DNA of 64,000 nucleotides from Nitrospirota bacterium (GCA_016215155.1 JACRLQ010000057.1:10943-74942); one strand, 5' to 3'. Positions 38,794 through 45,841 are shown, counted from the first letter of the stretch. Made by a program: numbers and translations. Notes: a model not told the origin generated them from the letters alone.

Positions 38794-39030
38794 TTAAAGT
38801 TCATCCCCTATAATAGGTTTGCGACTTGGGACTTTAGCTAATATTTTCTTGAAGTCCTCTTTTTTTGCTCTTTTTGCTCTCTGTTTCAAATAGTCTTCTG
38901 TCATTAAAGCGGAGATTTTTTCAGATACAGCGGAAGAAATAAACTGATTGATGGATACCCCTTCTTTTTTTGCAATGTCCCTGATATGCCGATGTATTGA
39001 TTCAGGCAGACGCAAACTTAAAGTGCTCAT
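38794..39030 (-). CDS. Ribbon-helix-helix antitoxin (annotated in databases as HicB-family/CopG-like)
   Basis: 78 aa. MSTLSLRLPESIHRHIRDIAKKEGVSINQFISSAVSEKISALMTEDYL is a recurrent RHH antitoxin pattern found next to PIN toxins. It overlaps the PIN stop by 4 nt. Confidence 0.7.
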   Translation of the reverse strand: MSTLSLRLPESIHRHIRDIAKKEGVSINQFISSAVSEKISALMTEDYLKQRAKRAKKEDFKKILAKVPSRKPIIGDEL

Positions 39031-39452
39031 ACTAATTCCTCCAATAGGTTTTTGGGAGTTATTGTTTTAACGTTAAATCTTTCCACACCTTTAAAGTCTT
39101 TTGTATTGTGAGTTGTGATAAGTCCTGCGCCGGAGGCGACGGCTAATTCCAGCAAATGGTCATCATTAGGGTCGGACAGATATGGACGCCACAAAAAATA
39201 TATCTTTTGATGTTCACTCTTCAAACATAAATAATCCAATATTTTTTCAACTTCATGGTCTGATAAACCTAATATCGCCTGATTTCTTTTCAAAATATCT
39301 TCGTACTCAAAAAGCAACGTCGTGGATAAAACTGCCTGAAGTTTTCCTTCATCTATTGCTTTCAATATCTTAAAAGAAGCGCCTTGTGAAGAATAAAGCC
39401 CTGCAAATAAAACGTTCGTATCAAGAATAATCCTTAATTTCTTTCTCGGCAT
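39027..39452 (-). CDS. PIN domain toxin (putative toxin-antitoxin system toxin component, PIN family)
   Basis: 141 aa. ILDTNVLFAG (first acidic residue), FEYEDIL and DPNDDHLLELA are the PIN acidic-residue patterns. Confidence 0.8.
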   Translation of the reverse strand: MPRKKLRIILDTNVLFAGLYSSQGASFKILKAIDEGKLQAVLSTTLLFEYEDILKRNQAILGLSDHEVEKILDYLCLKSEHQKIYFLWRPYLSDPNDDHLLELAVASGAGLITTHNTKDFKGVERFNVKTITPKNLLEELV

Positions 39453-39526
39453 ATAATAATACTATATTCGGTATCACTAAATTGTCAATATCTTATAATT
39501 ATTCTTGCAAAAAGCTGCACTAAATC

Positions 39527-39557
39527 AAAGGATTCAAAAGTCTGACCCCTCATTGCC
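39527..39557. repeat. Junction motif R1 (GGGTCAG core)
   Basis: The minus-strand reading is GGCAATGAGGGGTCAGACTTTTGAATCCTTT. It shares 16 nt with R2 and the GGGTCAGAC..AATCCTTT pattern with R4. Confidence 0.6.
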
Positions 39558-39620
39558 CATTGTCTTTGAAACAAAGAAACCTGGATTCTCCATTTTCCCT
39601 AGTTCTCTCCCTAAAAGCTG

Positions 39621-40934
39621 CTAGATAAACAGGAAGCTCTCCGGGTTTTTGTTGCAGAACTTGTCCATCAATACGACGCCCAGAGACGACGACATGAAGT
39701 TCTGCATATATTTCGAGTAGGAGTCGATCGCCATCAGATTTATCATGAAGTCCGACCCGAATATTATTTTGTCTTCGAGCCTCTTTTGGACCGGATCGGT
39801 CAATGATTCAAAAAGCTTTCCTAACTCCTCGTAATAGCCCGGCTTCACCCCGCGATAGGATATATCCACATAGACGTTGTCATATTTGCACGCGAGGTCA
39901 GCCGCGGCCCTTCGCCAGCTCTTCTCACTGAACAGTCCGGTCATGTCCTCGTTGTCGCGGTCGTCATGACCCAGGTGCGCGAGGTTTAAGCGGAGCTTGG
40001 GATACTCCTCCAAAACCTTTGCCCAGCGCGCCGGATCGGCATAGTCCTTGTAGGCCGGGTCGGTCAGAAACCCGCCGTTGCTGCAATGCGTGGTAACGGG
40101 GATATTTTTAGCGACGCAGTATGAGTAGAAATCCCTCAACTTTTTCCAGCCGGCATTAGGGATCATGTCCGTCTGCTCTTTGTTGTTCATCGGCCACGGG
40201 TTAAAGCCGGTTGGAGGATAGACCTTGATACCCAAAAACACGTCCGGGCCTAACGCATCCAGGTCGCCTTTGAACGTCCGCCAGTTATATGCGAGAATCC
40301 TCTCCCTGCGGACAGAGCATGACTCAGCGCCGGTGAAGTTAAGGAAATATTTGTCGAGCACCTGATTGAGCGTCTGACTGTCGTCGCCATTAGGGTCAAG
40401 GTTATATATCAACGGGTTTATGCCCATGAACGGATGGACCTCAAGCATCGGGACCTCCTTCTTGGATTCCTTTTCTCTGTAATAGTCGGCGATGCCAAGA
40501 CAGACGTCCCTGACCTGATCGGCCATCGGCTTCCAGCGGACGGAATACACCAGCTTGCTGTTTTTTTTCTCGTTGCCTCTAAGGGCAAAGTCCATCAAAA
40601 GCGGGGTGAGAAATACTTTTTCATATGTCTCCTCGCTGTTAGGTATGCAAATGCCTTTGCCCCATACCCTTTTCTGGAGGTCCTCCTCCATCTGGAGCAG
40701 ATAATCGCCAAGCGGGGTCTCCATTATAGCCAGCAGACTCAGTATCCTTTCGTCCTTCCTGGTCAGGCTCAACAGGAACTTCTGAGCCCCGGGAAAGCCC
40801 GTGAGCATCACCGCGACCCCAGCAGCAATCCTGGTCCAAGGACCAGCCTCGCCGAGGTAGCGGTTGATTACGGCTGAAAGGTTCGGATGTCTCAGGTTCA
40901 TTACGTGACAGTGAGCGTCGTAGAAATATGACAT
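39621..40934 (-). CDS. Amidohydrolase-superfamily metal-dependent hydrolase (Amidohydro_2-like), function unknown
   Basis: The start is set at ATG 40934, after AAGGAGGG. Candidate metal ligands are DAHCH (HxH) at the N-terminus, GIKVYP, TTHCS, LAHLGH and FGSDF. The protein is 437 aa with a long insertion after the HxH strand. Confidence 0.6.
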   Translation of the reverse strand: MSYFYDAHCHVMNLRHPNLSAVINRYLGEAGPWTRIAAGVAVMLTGFPGAQKFLLSLTRKDERILSLLAIMETPLGDYLLQMEEDLQKRVWGKGICIPNSEETYEKVFLTPLLMDFALRGNEKKNSKLVYSVRWKPMADQVRDVCLGIADYYREKESKKEVPMLEVHPFMGINPLIYNLDPNGDDSQTLNQVLDKYFLNFTGAESCSVRRERILAYNWRTFKGDLDALGPDVFLGIKVYPPTGFNPWPMNNKEQTDMIPNAGWKKLRDFYSYCVAKNIPVTTHCSNGGFLTDPAYKDYADPARWAKVLEEYPKLRLNLAHLGHDDRDNEDMTGLFSEKSWRRAAADLACKYDNVYVDISYRGVKPGYYEELGKLFESLTDPVQKRLEDKIIFGSDFMINLMAIDSYSKYMQNFMSSSLGVVLMDKFCNKNPESFLFI

Positions 40935-41069
40935 TTTGATTCCCTCCTTGCGTTTCATATTATGAATAAAAGACAGCCGCCGTTTCCCGAGCCATTATAT
41001 TCACGCGGCCTCACATAAATGGGCGCTGTCCTTTTTAACTATTTTTTTATACCCCATAATTCAAGATCA

Positions 41070-41090
41070 AAGACCTGACCCCTCATTGCC
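41070..41090. repeat. Junction motif R2 (GGGTCAG core)
   Basis: The minus-strand reading is GGCAATGAGGGGTCAGGTCTT. It lies exactly where the IS110-type transposase frame loses homology. Confidence 0.6.
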
Positions 41091-41480
41091 TTATACCCTC
41101 TGTACTTCTGGATCGCTGCCGGGTTCGCCAGATGCACTTCATATCCTTCAATTATAGGTCGATTCCACCGCCACTCCTGCGATCTTCTTCCTGTGCGGCG
41201 CAAGTGCCGTCAGTATCTGCTCCGGATCGTTGGCAAGCTTCTTCGCCAATATCTTTTTGCCCCCCTCATCAATCACTGCCACGTAACTGTTGCTTGAATG
41301 TAAATCGAAAGCCGCGTACAATTTCATCATGCACCTCCAAGGGTAAAGTTTGAGCTCTTTCCCTTAGCATATCAGGTGTCTTGCACTTGGTATGCTTCGG
41401 AGGCGCCTTTATATGATTATCAGGTCTTGTAAGTTGACGTAGGTCCCGCAAATGAAGAATGTTAATTTACAAGACCTGAC
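41091..41480 (-). mobile_element. IS110-family insertion sequence remnant (5' leader plus about 90 N-terminal codons, frameshifted and 3'-truncated)
   Basis: ORF 41148..41330 reads MMKLYAAFDLHSSNSYVAVIDEGGKKILAKKLANDPEQILTALAPHRKKIAGVAVESTYN, a typical IS110 DEDD N-terminus. After a TGA, the +1 frame continues EGYEVHLANPAAIQKYRGYK, with the expected WYWL... segment missing, and then breaks at R2. The normal size is over 300 aa. Confidence 0.65.
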
Positions 41481-41557
41481 CCTGTTGAGCTTCAGGGAGA
41501 ATAAGGTTGCATCAAGTTTCTTTAAGTCTTTTTCGGCGCGACGTTCAATAAGCAGAT
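41399..41557 (-). pseudogene. Truncated RelE/ParE-family toxin gene
   Basis: The ATG overlaps the Phd stop (ATAATG). MPFDLLIERRAEKDLKKLDATLFS is a RelE/ParE N-terminal pattern. Similarity ends at motif R3 (about codon 27). The remaining 25 codons read into the IS110 leader. Confidence 0.5.
41421..41483. repeat. 18-nt inverted repeat in the IS110 leader, including junction motif R3
   Basis: CAGGTCTTGTAAGTTGAC (41421-41438) pairs with GTTAATTTACAAGACCTG (41461-41478), 16 of 18 positions complementary. The two mismatches are G-T on the plus strand. R3 reads AGGGTCAGGTCTTGTAAATTAAC on the minus strand (41483-41461). Confidence 0.6.
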
Positions 41558-41766
41558 CAAACGGCATTATTGTTTTGCTCTGCTAAAAAATCCTCAAATT
41601 TTCTATAGGACGGAGTGCCAGTGCGTATCTTTGCCAGATCGTCGAGGTCCTCCTTGTCTTCAAGACGCTCAAGCATTTCTTTGTAGTCCTTGATGTCAAT
41701 AATAACGGCATTGGCCTTACCGTTTTTCATAATAAGCTGTGGTTTAGTTTTTACTATTCTTGACAT
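41557..41766 (-). CDS. Phd/YefM-family antitoxin
   Basis: 69 aa. PQLIMKNGKANAVIIDIKDYKEMLERLEDKEDLDDL is typical of the family. The RBS is GGAGGA. Confidence 0.75.
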   Translation of the reverse strand: MSRIVKTKPQLIMKNGKANAVIIDIKDYKEMLERLEDKEDLDDLAKIRTGTPSYRKFEDFLAEQNNNAV

Positions 41767-41802
41767 TTTTCCTCCATTAAATCAGGACTTGGTTGTAGTT
41801 TA

Positions 41803-41831
41803 ATTATAACGTGTTACCAAAGGATTGACAA
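41803..41831 (-). promoter_or_regulatory. Putative sigma70 promoter of the phd-relE remnant
   Basis: On the minus strand: TTGTCA (41831-41826), a 17-nt spacer, then TATAAT (41808-41803). This is about 35 nt upstream of the phd ATG. The -35 element lies inside motif R4. Confidence 0.45.
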
Positions 41832-41843
41832 TGTCTGACCCTT
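41819..41843. repeat. Junction motif R4 (GGGTCAG core)
   Basis: The minus-strand reading is AAGGGTCAGACATTGTCAATCCTTT. Confidence 0.55.
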
Positions 41844-42062
41844 GTCCGGCACAGTTTTTGGGGTAAGGTTAGTCCTAATCCTCTGTCACGTTTATGTTGT
41901 CTAAATTGGCAACGTCCCCTACTTCACGTCCCGGTGGCGAATGATGCTCTGCTAACAGGTAACGAGATTTCAAGTAGATCGGCGTGCTAGAAACGCTTAA
42001 ACTAGCGCCATTCTAGCCTGTCCCCTTATCATTGACCCCGGTCGGATTCCTCTTTTGGATGT

Positions 42063-44393
42063 CTACAGACCTGTATTTTGAAAAAGCCCCATTGAGGATA
42101 ACTTTTCCTTGACGATTTCACCGCACTCAATAACATATCTATTGTTCCTTATCATTGGACTTGCTGCAAGGTGACGTTTTTCAATTTCAGAAAAGATTCC
42201 AGCGAAGATTTTGATTTGGTCGGGTGCCAATTCTTGTTTCCATTTATTGAAAACCTTAAATATGCCTAGCGCCGCTCTAAACGGATAGTGTCTATCCTCT
42301 TTATGCATTTGGGGCAGAATTATTTTCTTTGCCTTATCTAAGAGAGCAAGAGAACTGTCTTTTGAATCATCCAATAACGCTTTAGCAAGAAGAAGCCGAG
42401 CATAATGATTGTCAATCTGATAGCAATCGTACCCCTTGATTGCCCTGGCAAGACTGTATGCATCCTCGAAATACTTTTCAGCCCTATCCAACTGTTCAAG
42501 AGTCAGCGACGCAATTCCATATTGCAACCAAAACTGTGGATCTTTATTGGTAAAGTGAAGGTTCTTAATGCCTTCATAGAATGTGATAGTAGTTTGTAGC
42601 CTCTGTTTCTCAGGCAGCATTAACGCGATATGTTTAAAGCGCATCAGATTCTTTAATATTTCCTTGTATTCGCGTTCAGTAGCTCTATCGTCTGCTTCCT
42701 TAGCCATTTGTATCAACGTTTCTACCAGAAATTTCGGCTGGAATAGTGTGTGCAGTAAATGAAGCCCTAGTACTGCTGAGCGCGCTTTCACCTGATTTGT
42801 AGAAAAATCAACTATCGATTTTAGACCTTGATATAGCTTTATATATGACCATCGTATATTTTTACCGCCAAGGAGCTCTTGAATATGAGAATATGATGGA
42901 TAATGGTTCATCACCTCCAGTACAAAAAGACAGATTAGAATTCTTTGAATCTCTTTCGGTTCTGACGCATCATAAATTATCTCGCGATATTTTTTTGTTA
43001 TGTGCCCGGATTTCAGCACATCTACCAGCAACGACGGCAACTCTTGCCCACATTTGGCCTCTATATAACTTATCTTCCTCTCAGTTGGCCATGAGAGGTG
43101 CTTCCCCCATAGGCCGTATTTATCAAGGAGTGACACTGCATCCCTTATTTCTTCATTTGTAAGTTTGGTACAATCTACTTCCACGCATGAACTTTTCAGC
43201 TTTTCATATATTTCAGGCGCGAAGATCTCATGCACATCCGTTCGTGCAGTCAGGAGTAGTATTACGTTATCCTTCTTCGCATCTATAACCCATTTAATCA
43301 AACGCATATGACGGTGATAAGATTCAATTATAAGAATGATCTTGTCGCCCGTCTTTAGGATCTCTTCCGTCTCTCCGATCTCTTCTCCACCCTCAGCACG
43401 AAGTGTATATACGCTCCATCCAGCGCCATAAGCCATGAGTCCAAAAGCATCGACTATAAACGATTTGCCACACCCTAAAACACCGTGAAGTATCACATGT
43501 TTCTTATTATTCAGGAGCATATTTTTTATCTTTGATAATGGCTGTCTTCGCACTACATAGTCATTCGCCGCAGGTGCATTAATTTGTGCAAGAATCGACT
43601 CATTAATAATTATAGGTTTATATGATTTAGAGACGTCCCTAACGAGGTGGGCAAAGGCTTCCACGCCGATCCGAAAAACCTCTCCAAAGTCGTTCAGCTC
43701 TAGTGCTTCTAGTTCTGTCTCAGCGCTAGGAGGTGCTATGATAAAAATAGCCTTGTCGATGACATTTTCTGCGAGCAAGACTCTTGCAATGTCTATGTCG
43801 TATAGAGAATAGCCCACAAAAACAATGACTGCTGAATTCCGCACATCATTTCTAAAATGAAATGCCCATCCTGATTCCTCGAAAGATTCGGCTGCGTAAC
43901 TAGCAGAGGTCAGCTTAAAACTTTTTGACAACTCATCTTTTGATAAGGTATCCACAGACCCGTTGATATGAACAACCAGATTTTGGAAAGACACTAAACC
44001 ATGGGGGTAGTCTTTTGCTGTTACACTTCGCGTAGATCTACCTATGGCTTTGCTTGCATATTCAAAGACTGTGTCGTAATTCGTGGTATAAACACGCTTC
44101 CACTTGAGATGTGCAAGTATCTTGTGCGATTCGGCAATATTTTTTACCGTGTAATTATCTTTAAGCAGCGAGACCAACTCATCTGGTGTTCTTTTCCGCA
44201 GAAATGCTGCAGACGCCCGATCAAGGTCAGCTTGACTACTGAGGCCGCTAGCAGTAATCAGCATTTTTGATAGCTGTACGCCGGAAGGAATAGACTTGTT
44301 AGATATGCTTAGTGCACCGTATGAAAACCCTGCGCCAGTAAAAAGTAGGCCTCTTCCATCTATCACGAGTTTTATTGCATCTTCTATCTTCAC
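42063..44393 (-). CDS. SIR2-like domain / P-loop NTPase / C-terminal TPR-like helical repeat protein (STAND-like; Avs5-like architecture)
   Basis: The likely start is GTG 44393, after GGAGG. The ORF track uses TTG 44405. The SIR2_2-type motifs are LLFTGAGFS, VYTTNYD and VVHINGS. Walker A is ILHGVLGCGKSF and Walker B-like is KIILIIES. The C-terminal 300 aa are helical, e.g. LEQLDRAEKYFEDAYSLA. Confidence 0.75.
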   Translation of the reverse strand: MKIEDAIKLVIDGRGLLFTGAGFSYGALSISNKSIPSGVQLSKMLITASGLSSQADLDRASAAFLRKRTPDELVSLLKDNYTVKNIAESHKILAHLKWKRVYTTNYDTVFEYASKAIGRSTRSVTAKDYPHGLVSFQNLVVHINGSVDTLSKDELSKSFKLTSASYAAESFEESGWAFHFRNDVRNSAVIVFVGYSLYDIDIARVLLAENVIDKAIFIIAPPSAETELEALELNDFGEVFRIGVEAFAHLVRDVSKSYKPIIINESILAQINAPAANDYVVRRQPLSKIKNMLLNNKKHVILHGVLGCGKSFIVDAFGLMAYGAGWSVYTLRAEGGEEIGETEEILKTGDKIILIIESYHRHMRLIKWVIDAKKDNVILLLTARTDVHEIFAPEIYEKLKSSCVEVDCTKLTNEEIRDAVSLLDKYGLWGKHLSWPTERKISYIEAKCGQELPSLLVDVLKSGHITKKYREIIYDASEPKEIQRILICLFVLEVMNHYPSYSHIQELLGGKNIRWSYIKLYQGLKSIVDFSTNQVKARSAVLGLHLLHTLFQPKFLVETLIQMAKEADDRATEREYKEILKNLMRFKHIALMLPEKQRLQTTITFYEGIKNLHFTNKDPQFWLQYGIASLTLEQLDRAEKYFEDAYSLARAIKGYDCYQIDNHYARLLLAKALLDDSKDSSLALLDKAKKIILPQMHKEDRHYPFRAALGIFKVFNKWKQELAPDQIKIFAGIFSEIEKRHLAASPMIRNNRYVIECGEIVKEKLSSMGLFQNTGL

Positions 44394-44470
44394 ATTAACC
44401 TCCAAAATTATGATCTATAAATACTAAGCCATGGCAGTAGACAAGTCGAGGTCTCAGTTAACGCGGCCCT

Positions 44471-44553
44471 CAGCCGACCCCGGCAACCAGCGAAAATAAA
44501 ACATAACAAGGCCCCACGGGGTCGGCTGGAAGCGCCTTGTTATGTTTTATTTT
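44471..44553 (-). promoter_or_regulatory. Interleaved perfect inverted repeats (two mutually exclusive hairpins) upstream of the SIR2-NTPase gene
   Basis: A is CAGCCGACCCCG (44471-44482) and A' is CGGGGTCGGCTG (44517-44528). B is AAAATAAAACATAACAAGGC (44493-44512) and B' is GCCTTGTTATGTTTTATTTT (44534-44553). The order is A-B-A'-B'. The function and strand assignment are inferred. Confidence 0.35.
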
Positions 44554-45358
44554 GGTGTAATTCCACCAAATTAGAAAGGGAGGATTAACGTGAAAATAAG
44601 AGTTTTTTTGGACGGGCAAATATACTTTGGGAAAGAACATAAAGCCACTGCAAAGGCAGTTATGACTTAGGTAATGCATGCAATATTGGAAACGGCCGTA
44701 TTCATCCATGCGCTGGAAAACGGAGAGGCACTTTTGCTGCACAAATCGCAATTTGAAAGGGCACATCTCATTGTTTCGGAAACATAACCAGGCATTAACC
44801 CATTCACGCGCGCGTGAACTCGATGACAGCGCATTTTGAGATAGACGCTTTATTAAAACAGAGCTATTAGGAAAAGTAATTAGAGCGCTAAAGGTAAGTG
44901 ACAACTGAATTCTGATATTTACCGCCCGGGTTTGCGATGCCACCCGACCTGATAATATTGGAATTTGCATGTGAGTTCGGAGATATTTATGTTTCGTCAT
45001 TATTGATTCCCGCTATTAAAGTACACTATTTTCAAGTTTTTGGGAAGAAGAAAGTTATGGAGGAAAGCAGGCCTGTCCCGTCACCCCGCTGTTATCGGCT
45101 TTAGCCCCGCCTTTACAAGGAGGGGTTGGGGAGGTATTGGTATAAATTGTCTGCGCAAAAAAAGCGCTTTTACCAGGCCGTCGTTCCCAGCGCTCTGTAT
45201 TGACATCAGTATAACCAACCAGTATTCTAACAGTATGAAAACATCGCAGCTTCTTGAGGCCATAAACAGGGCATGTACGGACATAGAAACTCCGGATGAC
45301 AAGATTCTCAGGCAAAAGGCATTACTGCATTATGAAAAGAAAGTTCTCATAGAAAAGT

Positions 45359-45475
45359 ATTGATCTCGATAAAGCATTTCTTTCTGAAAAAATGGGCACA
45401 CTACCGTCATCCAGAATGAAACAGATTCTTGAAGGAGTGGCGCTCCTGATGAATCCCAGAGATATTTCTTATTAA
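45359..45475 (+). pseudogene. C-terminal remnant of a PemK/MazF-family toxin gene
   Basis: The frame reads IDLDKAFLSEKMGTLPSSRMKQILEGVALLMNPRDISY-stop. This is the usual MazF/PemK C-terminal pattern (..id..rl.ek.G.ls...m..i...l). There is no N-terminal part and an in-frame stop lies just upstream. Confidence 0.4.
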
Positions 45476-45601
45476 TAATGGGAACTTATAACGTCCGTTT
45501 TAATCTATCACATACATTGTTTCTTATAAAAAAACGGGGTCTTATGCTGATAAGATAGACGGATTATGTATGGTGTGTTATAGTATGTCCATAAGGTGTA
45601 T

Positions 45602-45841
45602 ATGAATACAGCGCGACTGAACATTACTTTGCCGGAAGATGTTGCCAACATGCTGTCTGATGTGAAAAACAAGTCCTCCTATATTGCAGCCGCCATACGG
45701 GAAAAAAAACTGCTCGAAGAAAAAGCAAAAATGAAGAAGAACCTTGAGCTTGCCTATAAGCAGGCCGCATCCGAGGATTTGGAAACTTATGGGGATTGGG
45801 AAGACACGCTGAAGGACGGTCTGGAAGATGATGCGTGGTGA
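45602..45841 (+). CDS. RHH-type antitoxin (MazE-like partner of the downstream PemK/MazF toxin)
   Basis: MNTARLNITLPEDVANMLSDVKNKSSYIAAAIRE is an RHH N-terminus. It overlaps the toxin start by 14 nt. The start is chosen at ATG 45602; the ORF track uses GTG 45596. Confidence 0.7.
   Translation: MNTARLNITLPEDVANMLSDVKNKSSYIAAAIREKKLLEEKAKMKKNLELAYKQAASEDLETYGDWEDTLKDGLEDDAW

Noticed and set aside
38565-38813. 82-aa ORF; likewise 53614..53859 (81 aa) and 38294..38713 (139 aa)
   Set aside because: They are translations of the MITE-like repeats (SRLHGND, IPACAGMT peptides) or antisense to the cimA 3' end. They are not genes.
41269-41451. 60-aa minus-strand ORF
   Set aside because: It lies within the IS110 leader and overlaps the transposase start out of frame. 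It is basic and low-complexity. It is likely spurious.
38794-44405. Integron cassette array, given co-oriented promoter-proximal cassettes, TA genes and an IS110/IS1111-type element
   Set aside because: No intI integrase or attI is in the window. The inter-cassette motifs do not show the RYYYAAC...GTTRRRY attC ends. Several cassettes have their own promoter-like sequences. It is kept only as a remote possibility inside the junction-motif finding.
44470-45000. 176-aa minus-strand ORF
   Set aside because: It has no RBS and an odd composition (many C, F, S, N and H). It overlaps the interleaved inverted repeats and plus-strand gene debris. It is most likely non-coding.
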